This document shows positions 11,358 through 23,163 of a stretch of 64,000 nucleotides of DNA, one piece after another. Position numbers and translations under genes: made by a program. Numbering within the stretch: the first letter of the stretch is position 1; every line of letters starts with the position of its first letter. Source of the stretch: Blepharisma stoltei ATCC 30299 (taxonomy: Eukaryota; Protista; Ciliophora); the NCBI GenBank assembly GCA_965603825.1, contig CBFDEM010000027.1, positions 186,001 through 250,000 on the forward strand. The letters are read 5' to 3'. Below the pieces are notes generated by a model that was given only the letters and a program-made list of their open reading frames with translations, was not told the DNA's origin and ran no database searches.

Positions 11358-12785
11358 TTAAATATAAAGTTTCTTTTTAATTTCTCCTGGCAGGTCTTCA
11401 GGAAATATCACGTTCAGCATCTTCATTATACTGTGAAGAATTGCAGAGTGGCTTAAAACTGCTTCACACTGCTTTTTAACGTGCAGGTATTCTTCAATTA
11501 GCCTTTTAATTCACTTGTAAACTCTTTCTAAATCAGGTTTGGACTGTAATGAGTTTGGCTGGGAGTATTTAGATAGCAAGTTTGTTATCTTTTTGACAAA
11601 TTTGTTGGTTTCAAAAGCGGATTTTGAGTCACGAAGCAATCGTTGGCAAGCTTGAGTAATGTCTCCTACGTTGTCTACTTTGAGGAGAAGCATTAACTGG
11701 CCAAGGATTTTTCGTAGCATTGGGTCTGTTTCTGGAGAAAACTTTCCATCTTTTGTAGGACTGAAAATTGGTCTACTTTTATGGCTTGTAGGAGTGATTG
11801 GAGCAGTTTTATATGCATCTTGATGCCCTTTTTTTGGCTGTTTTTTAGAAACTTCTTGTTTGATGTCCAGGATTTCTGACTTGAGTCTTTCAACTTCGCC
11901 TTTTAATAGTGATTCTTCATGCTTTTTTATTGGAGATTTTCTGGGTGATTTCGGGATGGAATTATCTTGAGCTGGGGTATTTTTAGAAGAATGGTGCTTC
12001 AATTTGTGAAGCAGCTCTTTATTTTTGCTTTTTAATTTAGAAATCTTTCTTTGATGCATCAAAATTTCAGCCTCCATTGTCAATTTTTTCTCTTTTAAAG
12101 ATTGATTTTCTGTTTCTAGCCTTTCTCTTTCAGTTTCACTTTCTTGCAGCTGTCTGAGTAGATCATCATTTATATTTCTTTCACGATTTTTATTGCCTGT
12201 GTCTTGGAGTTCTTTAAGTTTGGCAAAATAATTTATTTCTTGCTGCTTAAGCTTATTTTGCATAATTAAAAGCTCATTAGTCTGCCCATTTAGCATCAGA
12301 TCTTTATATGCTAATTCCTGCTTAAGTTTTTCAACTATTTCTTCAGAATTTATATGAATCTCAGATTTATCTTTGCTTTTTTTTAATGGTCTTGCTTCAG
12401 AGTCTTCTGCTTTTATATCTGTAGGTTCTAATGATCTTGTATATCACACTGATGATGCAGGGTCTTTTGATTTTCCAAATGTTAATTGTCTTCCTAAAGG
12501 CTCGTCAAATGTTTCTGAATTTTCGTTTTTTGGGCTATGAGGTTCATATGCCTGCTTTTTCTTTGAATTCTCCTGATTTTTTTCTTGCTTTTCAATAATA
12601 TCCTTTGCTTTTTTTTTAGATTCCTCCTGAGAACTTAATGAGTATAAAGGAGATTTAGAAATCGAATACTCTGAGCTTGAACTTTGATTTTGGCTTTCTA
12701 CAGTAAAGGAGTTCTGGATTTTGATTAAGGAATCTTTTATTGACTCAATTCGTGCATCTACATCATAATTTTTCACTTTTGACAT
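11358..12785 (-). CDS. Coiled-coil protein (475 aa), possibly basal-body/centrosomal
   Basis: ORFs 12444-12785 and 11511-12296 are one frame via TGA; continues through TGA 11511-11513 to TAA 11358-11360. Confidence 0.75.
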
Positions 12786-12823
12786 TTAAAAATGATTTTA
12801 TAATTATACAAATCGATTTATAG

Positions 12824-13696
12824 ATGGTGGACATACTGGGGTGCACTTTTGTAGCTCTTACTTATATGTTTTTGGCATTGGGCGAGGGGATTGTAGTTTT
12901 TCAGCTTATCCCTCTATGATTTACAAAAAATAATGAGTATACTTGGGCTGGGATTTTTTGGATGATTATATATAATATATGCATGATTTTGGCAATTATT
13001 TCTCATCTAAAAGCTCTTCTTGGCGATCCCGGATACACTCCTAACCTTCAAATTCCTGACAGCATTCCTCTAGAACGATTGCGATACTGTGATAGATGCA
13101 GCCAATGAAAACCTGAAAGAACTCACCATTGCAGCACTTGTCAGAGATGTATACAAAAAATGGACCACCATTGCCCCTGGATAAACAACTGTGTTGGTGC
13201 TAAAAATCAAAAATCTTTTGTTTTGTTTCTAGTGTACGTATTTTTAGTGTGCTTGCTTACACTGATAATTATGAGCAGCATTACTTACTGGTATTTTACA
13301 AGATCATCAAAAAGAGTAGTATCAGGCAGCTTATTTTTGTTTATTGCAAGCGTAATGACTTCAATATTTGCTTTAACTTTTATGCTATTTACTGCGATTA
13401 TGTTCTGGGAACAGTTGTGAGCAATAATCCACAACCAAACAGAAGTTGAAGAAATGAACCGAAGAATAGCACCGCAAAAGCCAATTTTTGAGAACCTAAA
13501 GAATTCAATGGGTATATCCGTAATTATGTGGTGAAATCCCTTTGCTGAGCCCCCTGAGCCTGATTATATGGAGCCACTTGAAGTTCAACCAAAAACAGAG
13601 TCCAGTACATGAGTATACTGGGTTGGATACGCAGTATGTGGCTGCGTTATTTTAGCTGCAACGTTTATAATTGTCAAAGTGATATGGATAAAGTAA
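12824..13696 (+). CDS. DHHC palmitoyl acyltransferase (290 aa)
   Basis: DPG, CDRCSQ(W)[30 protein letters not shown]; five TGA read through; extra C-terminal hydrophobic helix. Confidence 0.93.
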
Positions 13697-13732
13697 TTTT
13701 TTATGTTATTAAATTTGCTTAAATTAACTAGC

Positions 13733-15052
13733 TTATAACACTCCTAGAGCTCGATAATCTATCATAGGCTGTGCTCGGGATATTAAATCGTTAACATTGA
13801 ACCCAGACTGATAACTAATATTTTTTACTGTTGGAGACAGACTTCTCAAGACTGGTGGCGGGCTTTGGCTTGAATATTTTGTTTTGATTTTTGGCGGTAT
13901 TTTTTTGACTGCCTTATGTATTTTTTCAAATACTCTTGGTGATCTAAGCCTATTTGAAGATGATCGATAATGTTTTTTGTTTAAGTATATTTGTGTATAG
14001 CTTAAACTAAGTTGGCCGACTGACATTGACCTATTTAATCCGTTTATTGAGCTTTCTGAATAGTTTGTGGTCACTCTAGGACTGATTTGAGGACTAAAAG
14101 TGCATCCTTCAATTTCTCTTTTTGCGAGTCTTTTTCTTTCAAGTTCTATTTTTTCATGCTTATATTTTAGCCAAAATTTTCCTCTCTCGAGAACGTCCAT
14201 TTCGAGCAAATCTGGGGGCTCTTCATGCTCAAACACTTTTGGCCTTGCTCGAACTGCTTGTCTAAGTTCTTCTATAGACATTCCATGCACTTCGTGGATT
14301 TCCTGGGTGCGATTTTGACGATCTGTTTTAACTCCATTTGTCCCTCTTGATGTTGGTACTGTTGTTTCTCTTAGAGGAGAGCTGACATCTAATGATGATT
14401 GCAATTTCGCAAAAGATTTTGGAGAGTTTAATTGGGTTGTGTCTGACGGAAACCTGAATACTTTCGTCGGAGCAGCTTGCCTTGGAGTAGTGTCTTTTGA
14501 ATTTACTGATTTTTCCAATTCTTTTAGTGATATTTCAGTCTGTTTTGGTCTCGAAATGCTTGATACTTCATCAAAAGCATTCTGTGCATTTTCTTCTGGT
14601 TCCTGCTTCAATTGCATTTTTGAATATCTGGTATTAGACAGAATTTCCTGAACTCTAGTCGAATAGTCCTTCTCATCTCTTACACCCTCTTCTTGCTCTC
14701 TTGATAACTTTGTGCTTCATTCCACTATTTTTCTCGAAGTATTGTTAATTTGAGGAACTGGTCTCAGATCTTTTACTTCTTCTGCTTGATACTTTATTTT
14801 TAACTCAGCCAGTCTTGCTTGAGCTGCTTGATGCTTCTGCATAAGAATTTCCTCAATTTTATAATCCAGTTTTTGAGGCTTTGGCTTTGGCTTTATTTTT
14901 TGTGTGTATACAAGAATTTCACTGTTCTTCTTTCTTAAGGCTGAATCCTGCAGAAGTCGATCAAAAACATTGCCTTTAGAATAAGAAGTTTGGGACTGAA
15001 TAAAATTAGATGAGTGATTTAGCTTGTCGTTACATACACGGAAATCATTCAT
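13733..15052 (-). CDS. Uncharacterised protein with ExTFxPxI-type motifs
   Basis: ORFs 14717-15052 and 13733-14617 joined in frame by TGA; NVFDRL, DLRPVPQIN, EGCTFSPQI motifs. Confidence 0.75.
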
Positions 15053-15206
15053 TTTCTTTTATAATTTGGCTTGAAAAAATTCAAAATGAAATAAATCAGA
15101 CACTCGCAATTATGTGCAATAGGGCGGTTCATTAGAACAGTTAATTGTGAATTACTTAATATTTTATTATAAATCAATTTTTTGCTTATTTTTTTATAAT
15201 TAAAAT

Positions 15207-15644
15207 TTATCCTGGAGGCCAGCCTAATTGTCTTCCGCCAATTATATGAAAATGAAGGTGGTAAATTGATTGACAAGCTAATGGACCGTCGTTGATAACT
15301 AGTCTCCATCCTTCTTCAAGCTTTTCGTTTCTTGCAATTTCAGCAGCAGCCCACATCATATGCCCAAGTATATCTTTATGCTTTTCTTGAATTTGGTTAA
15401 GCCTTGTTAAGCTATCTCTTACTTTTGGAATTAATAAAATATGAGTAGGAGCTGCTGGGCTTATATCTCTAAATGCTAACACTTTATCATCTTCATAGAC
15501 TATATTGGCAGGAATTTCCTTTCTGGCAATCTTGCCAAATAAAGTATCTTCATTTTCTGCAGGCGGCCTTGCTATTTTTGCTCGATCTACTTCTGAGAGG
15601 CTTCGTGATATTAGAGTGAGCCTCTTAGCTATTCTTGTTAACAT
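15207..15644 (-). CDS. HINT: Histidine-triad nucleotide-binding protein (HINT), probable mitochondrial presequence
   Basis: DTLFGKI, AFRDISPAAPTHILLIPK, QSIYHLHFHIIGGRQLGWPPG. Confidence 0.93.
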   Translation of the reverse strand: MLTRIAKRLTLISRSLSEVDRAKIARPPAENEDTLFGKIARKEIPANIVYEDDKVLAFRDISPAAPTHILLIPKVRDSLTRLNQIQEKHKDILGHMMWAAAEIARNEKLEEGWRLVINDGPLACQSIYHLHFHIIGGRQLGWPPG

Positions 15645-15911
15645 ATTATTTTAACATATATATAATCCAATAAATAGATTTCTCAATTTTAGCATAAAAT
15701 TTATTATGTTAAATAGAGTTTCGATAATAAAGTTTAGTATAGGCTTAACTTAATCAATATTTGCAATTGAAATTTTATATACTAATTCTGTGGAATTAAT
15801 ATTTTTTTAAATTTAGAAATTAAGTTAGTTTTTCAGTTTCATGGATTATTAGACAACCTGTTCTTTAAATAATAAATTTTTAGAATACTAGAGCTAATAG
15901 AACTAAAATTT

Positions 15912-16166
15912 TTATAATAAGGTGCAACAGCTAGTTCTTCGCCTTTTTAGCTGCAAAGTGTGCCCTTCTCTAATATTTTGCTTATCAAGAGTGGTACTAA
16001 GAGGGAGTAGTCTTCCATTGTAGATCAATTCCAGTTCACTTGATGATACCGTCGTTATTTTAAGTGATATCAAGCACATTACGTTTTCAATTGTATCATC
16101 ATAGTTTGGATCAACAGATATAGCTTCAATTCCCAAGGTTCTTTCTGGCTCAATAGTAATTCTCAT
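15912..16166 (-). CDS. Small ubiquitin-fold protein with polybasic CaaX tail (MUB/UBL3-like)
   Basis: DTIENV...LIYNGRLL...TLDKQNIREGHTLQL ubiquitin pattern, ending KRRRTSCCTLL instead of GG. Confidence 0.8.
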   Translation of the reverse strand: MRITIEPERTLGIEAISVDPNYDDTIENVMCLISLKITTVSSSELELIYNGRLLPLSTTLDKQNIREGHTLQLKRRRTSCCTLL

Positions 16167-16412
16167 ATTTTTATTGCTTATTAAATTCTTATTATGAAAC
16201 TAACTTAATCTAATCTTTATTTACAATGATCATTACTTATTAATTATTTTTTAGATTTCTCTAGAATAGACAATTATTTTTGATATTTGCACTTGAATTC
16301 GTCATGTCCTGACACAAGTAAAATTATGATCTATTATCTTAATAAGAGTCAATTTAGATTCTAGACTTTCATAACCCACCCAACACGAATTTAAACAATA
16401 TTTTAAATTAAA

Positions 16413-17060
16413 ATGAGAAAGCGACTCCAAAAGAAATCTAAGTCCGAGCCTAAGTATAAAGTATGTGACGCCAATGGAAACTTATTAGTCCGTTGTCTTG
16501 TGTGTATAGAAGGCATAGAGCCCGGCATTGCACGCGGTATCATCGATTGCGGCCACGATCAATTTTGCTTTGCCTGTATCAAAGATTGGGCTAATGTCAC
16601 TAATAAATGCCCGCTTTGCAATTTACGGTTCTACACAATAAAAGAGCTAAATGGTCAGCAAACAATTTCAATCGAAGATAAAGACCAAAAGAAGCCTGAA
16701 GTAAACGATCCATTTCTTATTGAAGTGAGATGCATAAAGTGCGGGTCTGACCTTGATGAAGATATTATGCTTCTTTGTGACGAGTGCGACAATGGATTTC
16801 ATACAACCTGCATTGGACTGAAGCAGATACCTGAATTAGACGAATGGTTCTGTGATGAGTGTATAATAGAAAAACCATTAGAAATCCAAGAAAATCAAAA
16901 ATTAGCGATGATTAAAGCGGGAAGGGAAGAGGAAAAAGAAGTTATTGAGCAGGAGCCGAAGAAAAGGAAAAGGCTTAGAAAATTAGGAGACCAAATTAAG
17001 AAAAACCAAAAGCGTAGAACTAGTTCATCTATGGAAAATGTGGAAATTTGCTTGAATTAA
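16413..17060 (+). CDS. RING + PHD finger protein (PHRF1-like architecture)
   Basis: CLVC...CGHDQFCFACIKDWANVTNKCPLC then CIKC...MLLCDECDNGFHTTCIGL...WFCDEC. Confidence 0.88.
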   Translation: MRKRLQKKSKSEPKYKVCDANGNLLVRCLVCIEGIEPGIARGIIDCGHDQFCFACIKDWANVTNKCPLCNLRFYTIKELNGQQTISIEDKDQKKPEVNDPFLIEVRCIKCGSDLDEDIMLLCDECDNGFHTTCIGLKQIPELDEWFCDECIIEKPLEIQENQKLAMIKAGREEEKEVIEQEPKKRKRLRKLGDQIKKNQKRRTSSSMENVEICLN

Positions 17061-17265
17061 ATTTGACATTATAAATTTAACGAGAAACACATAATTAAAA
17101 AATAATAGGTAGACCCTAAAGCTTTGAAGAGAAGGAGGGAAAGTTTAAATTTAAATATGTTTATTGATATGAGACTATAGAGTCTTTATAAAAAATCAAT
17201 AAAAATTCTCTTTTAGCAGCAGATTGCTGACTATAGATTGATTTATAATTAAATCTTAGTGATAA

Positions 17266-18036
17266 ATGGAATCAAAAATCTTTGACTGCACCTTAGATGA
17301 ATGAATCAATATAAGGCCAGCCATTATTGATCTCGGAAAATGAAATATCCAAGAAGGCGAAGTTATAGAGCTGAATTACACTTTAAGCGAAAGTAAAAAA
17401 TGTCTTTTAACATATATCGCAAATCAAGCCTCTGATCAATTCGATATAATTATATGATTCAATATGTGTAGAACCCTAAAAGTTGTGGATCTCAAAAATC
17501 CTCATAAAGTTCTAATATACAGCAGTTTTAATCTCCAAGAATTCTTAATTCAAGCTGCCTCACTTTCAAGCTTTTTAAAAGATTCAAAGCTTAGATCTCT
17601 TATTATCATTGATTCATATAACACTTTTCTCATGCATGATTCAGTTCTGCACTTAGATAAGAGCAATATTAATGAAAAACATAACAAAGAAGCATTGCTT
17701 GAGGCAGCACTTAGCAGGAAGCTTCAGCAGATATTAATAAAACTGAAACAAAAATATGGCTCCACTATTATTTTGTGTAGAAAAGAATATTTTCCAAAAA
17801 AAATTGCAAATATTGTTACAGCCACTGCAAGCTTTACATTTTACGCTGCTATGTGTGAGCCAGAAAAAGGAAAGCTCATTGATTCTAGATACTTTTTGCT
17901 GGAGTCTTGTTTTGATGAAATAGGAAATATGCTTCATGCTTTAGTGAAACAAGAAAAATCATCTGTTGAGCTGATTCTGTTTAGGTATCCAATTGAATGG
18001 ATTTTTCAAGATGATATCAAATACGAACCATTGTAA
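17266..18036 (+). CDS. Divergent Rad51 paralogue (XRCC2-like), degenerate Walker A (256 aa)
   Basis: Extended 5' through three TGA to ATG 17266; EGEVIEL...SESKK at the P-loop position, LIIIDSY Walker B, LIKLKQKYGSTIIL. Confidence 0.55.
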
Positions 18037-18079
18037 AATAAAATAAAACCAATAATTTAATTACCAAATTCTATAAAAT

Positions 18080-19318
18080 ATGAAAGTAGAGGTCACTGAT
18101 AAACAAAAGAATCACTATGTTCTTGAAATTGAAGAAAGTGCTTCACCTCAAGATTTTAAAAATCGTTTCCGCCAGGAGTATAATCAAGATATTGATAATT
18201 GCAAACTAATTTACAAAGGCCGCGAGATTAAAGATGACAAAAAATTTTCAGACTACTCAATTATAGAAGGCTCTAAAATTGCGCTATTGGAATCAAAATT
18301 TCAGAAGCGAGAAGAAGTAAAAATCCCTCCTGAGCAGAATTTTTCAAAGCCAGTTTCGTCTTTTTCACAAAAACCTAAAATCCCTGAGCCTAATTTCCCA
18401 CAAAATATTTCATCAAGCTCAAAAAAGCCTCAAATCTCTTCAGAGCCGAATTTCCCACAACCAATTTCTTCTGGCTCTCAAAAGACTCAAAATTCCCTGT
18501 CTGATTTAACGCCTTTGCAAAGGCTGAGCAGAGATTTGATGAGTCCAGCTACTGATGAACTGGTCTGCCAATTGATTATGATGGGCTTTGATCCTGAATT
18601 ATCTAAACAGGTATTAATTCAAACAAATGGAAATTTAGAAGACTCTGTTGAAATTCTTATAGCTCAAACTCAGTATGATCAGCCTACAATGCAGGTCGCT
18701 TTGGATAATATAAATAACGTGGTAGATCAATTTATGAGTAATCCGCAGTTTCAGCGTTTTATTGTGGAGATTGCAACCTCCCCAGACCAATATGAGCGAG
18801 TTATTTCACAATTGTCAATACAAGATCCTAATGTAAAAACATGGTTTTTGATCAATAAAGAAGCCTTTATTGAGGCTTGTAAGAAGAGAGTAATAATGCG
18901 CATTAATAATACCCAAAGAAATCGAATTGAAGAAATCCCAGATCAACCAATCAAAAGACAAAATCAGGGTCAAATGGGAGGAGGGATGGGTGGAATGTTT
19001 GGAATGGGTGGAATGAGTGGAATAGAAAGTCTAAGCAGTTTAGGAACTTTGGGAATGTTTGGAAATATAGGAGGTATGGGAGGAATTGACGGGATGAGTG
19101 GTATGGCAAGAATGGGAATGGACGGATCTGGAATGATGAGTGGCCTCGGAGGATTGGAAAACTTTGGAACGGGAAAAATGGACAGAATTATGAATAGAGG
19201 ATCTGATAAATTCTCAGAATTAAACAAAAAGAGCTCTAGTCCCCAAGAGTCAGATGAAGATAGTTCAATATCTGGCGAGGACTCTTTATCATCAGACATA
19301 GAGGACAAAAACTTTTAA
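18080..19318 (+). CDS. UBL-UBA-STI1-like (Rad23/Dsk2-type) protein with Gly/Met-rich tail
   Basis: KLIYKGREIKDD UBL; QLIMMGFDPELSKQVLIQTNGNLEDSVEIL UBA; MSNPQF; GGM repeats. Confidence 0.8.
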   Translation: MKVEVTDKQKNHYVLEIEESASPQDFKNRFRQEYNQDIDNCKLIYKGREIKDDKKFSDYSIIEGSKIALLESKFQKREEVKIPPEQNFSKPVSSFSQKPKIPEPNFPQNISSSSKKPQISSEPNFPQPISSGSQKTQNSLSDLTPLQRLSRDLMSPATDELVCQLIMMGFDPELSKQVLIQTNGNLEDSVEILIAQTQYDQPTMQVALDNINNVVDQFMSNPQFQRFIVEIATSPDQYERVISQLSIQDPNVKTWFLINKEAFIEACKKRVIMRINNTQRNRIEEIPDQPIKRQNQGQMGGGMGGMFGMGGMSGIESLSSLGTLGMFGNIGGMGGIDGMSGMARMGMDGSGMMSGLGGLENFGTGKMDRIMNRGSDKFSELNKKSSSPQESDEDSSISGEDSLSSDIEDKNF

Positions 19319-19457
19319 TATATTATTTTTGAATAAATTCAGCAATAAATATAAATTTGCCTAATAAATAATAAAGAGTTTGCTATATATTGAAGTACCA
19401 AAATAATATATGAATAAAAATTTTTAAGCTCACACTTCTTATTAAAATTCTATAAAA

Positions 19458-20294
19458 ATGAAAGTTCACGTTTTAGATTCTCAAAAGAATAACTATGATA
19501 TAGAAATTGGTGAAAATGCTTCAATTCAAGATTTTAAAAATTTATTTTATGAGAAGTATAATCAAAACATTCAAAATTGCAAATTATTATACAAAGGTCG
19601 AGAACTCAAAGGAGACAGGGATCTTTCCTCATATTCCATAGAAGAAGGCTCTAAAATTATGCTAATGGTAGCAAGACTGAATAAGCCGGTTGACACTGAA
19701 ATTATAGCACCACCAAAAATAGATCAGCCAATTAGGCCAATAGAAAAAAATTTGCCTGCTGAAACTCCTAAAATTTCAAGCAATGTTTCCCAAAGCCTTC
19801 AACAGAGAGATCAGCTTGATATTGATCCTATCATTAGTCAAGCCTTAAATGAGTTCACAAGAAATTCTAAAAATAACAACACTATTATTACCATAGTCAA
19901 GGACAAAAAATTGTTCACTAAAATGATCAAAAAGCTTAAAGACAGTGATGATTTATCATGAATATTTTTTGAACAATTTAAGCCTAAAATTATTCAGGCA
20001 TGCAAAAATGCAATAAAATATCTGCCTCCAAAGGACCAAGAAGAAATCAATGAATATAAAAATAAGAGAAGGGAAGAAAAAGAAAAAATGAAGGAAATCA
20101 GCCAAAATGATATGGGAAGAGGGCTTGGAATGGGAGGATTTGGAGATTTTGGCCTTGATGGGTTCGGATTTGGAGGAATGGGAGGATTTGGAGCTATGGG
20201 AGGTATGGGAGGATTTGGCAGAATGGGTATGAGTGGAATGGGTGGAATGGGAGGAATGGGGAAAATGGGTGGAGGAAGAGAAGAAGAAAAATAA
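19458..20294 (+). CDS. Tandem paralogue: UBL protein with Gly/Met/Phe-rich tail, no clear UBA (278 aa)
   Basis: ORFs 19458-19961 and 20088-20294 joined by TGA; N-terminal UBL closely similar to 18080 gene. Confidence 0.8.
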
Positions 20295-20404
20295 AATCTT
20301 GGTTTTATTTTAAAGATTCAACATAAATTGGTGAAGAATTATTTTGAAAGAAAATATAAGAATATGAATTATTTAGTATTTAAAATTATGTATTGCAGGA
20401 TATG

Positions 20405-21121
20405 CTATGACCGTATTTTTTTGATCACACTCTTCCTAATCCCTTCTTTTCCGACACTTTTAAAATGTTTTTTATCATTGAATTTCGGAGTTTCCTCAAT
20501 ATTTTTTTCATCGCACTCGACTATTTCTAATTTAAGCTGCTCTATCACCTCTTTTTGCTTGAGCCTAATATTTTCCGATCTTTCAAACGACTGCATCAAA
20601 ATATTATAATCTTCTTGCAGCCTTGCAAATTTCATTTGTAAATCTTCCTTATGATTTAATTTTTTTCTCAAAAGTTCGTTTTCCTTTCTTTTTTGTATGT
20701 TTTTTTGCCTTTCAGAGAACAGTTCAGCTTTAAAGCTATCAGACTTTTTAGTTAATGGGATATCTTTTGAGCTGCTTGAAGTCGACATAATGCTCCTTTC
20801 CATCTCTTCAATTTCTAATTCAGATTTATGGATGCTTCGAAGAATCAATTCAGATGGAGATTCAGACCGATAACGAGAAGAACTTTTTGATCTTTTATGG
20901 GTTTGGGAATTTTGCACTCTTGATTCAAGAATAGCAATTTTATCTTGCATGCCCTCCAAATCAGATTTAAATATTTGTTGGGTGCTTTGGTCAGAAATAA
21001 AAGAGTTAGATATAGGTATTTCTGTAAATTTCTCTGGAGATTGATTAAAAGATTCAATTCCTTTGTCGAGGATAGAGTTCAGACGCTCTTCTTGATCAGC
21101 TGAAAGTTCAAAGCTAAACAT
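20405..21121 (-). CDS. Coiled-coil protein of unknown function
   Basis: 238-aa ORF, TAG stop, LMQSFERSENIRLKQKEVIEQLK coiled coil. Confidence 0.7.
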   Translation of the reverse strand: MFSFELSADQEERLNSILDKGIESFNQSPEKFTEIPISNSFISDQSTQQIFKSDLEGMQDKIAILESRVQNSQTHKRSKSSSRYRSESPSELILRSIHKSELEIEEMERSIMSTSSSSKDIPLTKKSDSFKAELFSERQKNIQKRKENELLRKKLNHKEDLQMKFARLQEDYNILMQSFERSENIRLKQKEVIEQLKLEIVECDEKNIEETPKFNDKKHFKSVGKEGIRKSVIKKIRS

Positions 21122-21550
21122 ATTTTTAAATAATAAGAAACTATAATCATTTTTAGCATGCCTATAGAGTTAAACAAAGATCCTTCTTTTTAATTCAATT
21201 TAAGAATTTCCATCAAAAATCTTAAAATTAAAATTAACTATCCCTTTGTTTATTTTCCAATTATTATTCAGTTTTATAAACTAAGTTTTACTTTATAGCT
21301 TAATTCAAGTATAGAATACTTACTCAAAATATTTTTTAAAATATAAAAATTTATGAATTATTTAACTCAAAGGCAATCAACTTGGTCAAGCTTCTTATTT
21401 AAAAGCTATGAATATTTGATTTGAATTGGAAAATTATTAAATTTTGTAAATTATTAGTCAGTCTCCAAGGCATTTTACTGTCCATTATAATTCTAGACTT
21501 ATTGTCATAAAATGTCTTCATAATGAGTTATATATATACATACTCTGTAA

Positions 21551-22492
21551 ATGATAAATAACCAGGAAAATTTATCCAGATCAGAGCTATTTAGGAGATC
21601 ATTGCTTCAAATATCAAAAAATAATAAAGTCCTTCCCTATTGCAATAGCCCTGAATCATCTTTTCAAAGTATTAAAAGCAACCTAAATTCAGAAAAATTA
21701 TGTAAGATTTGTTTCGACTCTGAAACAGAAACTCATACTCTAATAGCACCATGCCAGTGCTCTGGCTCTGTAAAATATATTCACCAAGAATGCCTAAAGG
21801 TATGGTTGGTGTCAAAAAATGAGGATTTAGCCCATACTAAATGTGAACTTTGTAAAACTCCATATATAATGACATATGATATATCAGTTAAATGCAGGCC
21901 ACCTAAACAGCGCCTTGATGCGTCCAAGAATGTTGTAACAATCATTCTATTTGTTTTGTTTATACTGGTTCTTCTTATTTTACTATTAATAAGTGGAAAT
22001 GTAGTTCATTTTAAAGGAAATTGAGAGTCTGTTTACAAAAGTTGTTTCTACACCTTATGTGCTTTTTTTGATGCTGTTATACTTTTAGCAATTCTCAAGA
22101 TCCAAAAAGAATCATGTATGGAAAACACACTTAGTAATTGGAAAATATTAGATTATGAGAATAATAGAAAGGATACAGAAAATAAATACTTAAAAGCTGA
22201 AAATTCAAACCCTGACTTGCATGGCCATACAGTTTATAAAATCCCTGAAAATATTATGGTTTCAGGCAAGAGAGTCAAAACACCTTCAATCATAGCCAAA
22301 ATGCAGCCAATTTTTCGAAATGGAAATATTTCTGGATACAGCCAGCAATTCATTAAATCTGATTTTCTGCAAATAGAAAGAGCCAAAGATATAATGCTTC
22401 ATACCGAGCCTTCTTCAATGTATTTGAAATCTTGCCCCAGTGAAAAATGCATATCTGCAAATGAGCCAGCAAATTCTCAGCCTGCAATATAA
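21551..22492 (+). CDS. RINGv (MARCH-type) membrane E3 ligase (313 aa)
   Basis: CKICF...LIAPCQCSGSVKYIHQECLKVW...CELCK then two TM helices flanking TGA 22022-22024. Confidence 0.88.
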
Positions 22493-22518
22493 AAGTTATT
22501 AATTCTTAATTATAAATA

Positions 22519-23121
22519 ATGGAATTACTCAATCCAAATAAATTTTTAGGGTGCTTAGGAAGTCCCTATGAAAGCGTTTGTGAATGTATGACTCTTAAAA
22601 CAGCTGTAATTCACTTGGCAATTATTGATGTCATAATTGGAATTCTAAGATTACTCTATCTTATCATGACACTTAATGGATTTTTTGGTCACTATATTTC
22701 TTTGGTCAACATTTCATCCAGCTTTATTGATATAATTTCCATAGTATGTATAGTTTTTGCTATTACAGGAGGCATATCTGGAATGACGAAGATTAAATCA
22801 GAAAAAATCCACCAATACAGTGCTTTCAAGATTTTTGAATTTATTGCAATAACCATTCTTACTTTGATATTTTCAATCTCACAATGCTATACAATAGATG
22901 GGAAATGTAAAGACTTCGGATTTCTTGTGTTTGGGCTTTTATTCTGTAGATTCGTATATATGTTTGCTATTAAAGTTATATGGAGTGCAGATGTGAAAAT
23001 GAGGTCTAATGAAGTAATACTTGTATTGCATGGAAAAGATGCACCAGTTTACACATTGCATGCTCAACAAGAAATTGGAACATATCAGCCTCCTAATGCA
23101 TATGAAGAAATCGATTTATAA
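22519..23121 (+). CDS. Four-pass membrane protein of unknown function
   Basis: 200-aa ORF with four hydrophobic segments. Confidence 0.72.
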   Translation: MELLNPNKFLGCLGSPYESVCECMTLKTAVIHLAIIDVIIGILRLLYLIMTLNGFFGHYISLVNISSSFIDIISIVCIVFAITGGISGMTKIKSEKIHQYSAFKIFEFIAITILTLIFSISQCYTIDGKCKDFGFLVFGLLFCRFVYMFAIKVIWSADVKMRSNEVILVLHGKDAPVYTLHAQQEIGTYQPPNAYEEIDL

Positions 23122-23163
23122 AAAATTAATATAAATTATGCATAAAGTTATGTGTTGAATTGC

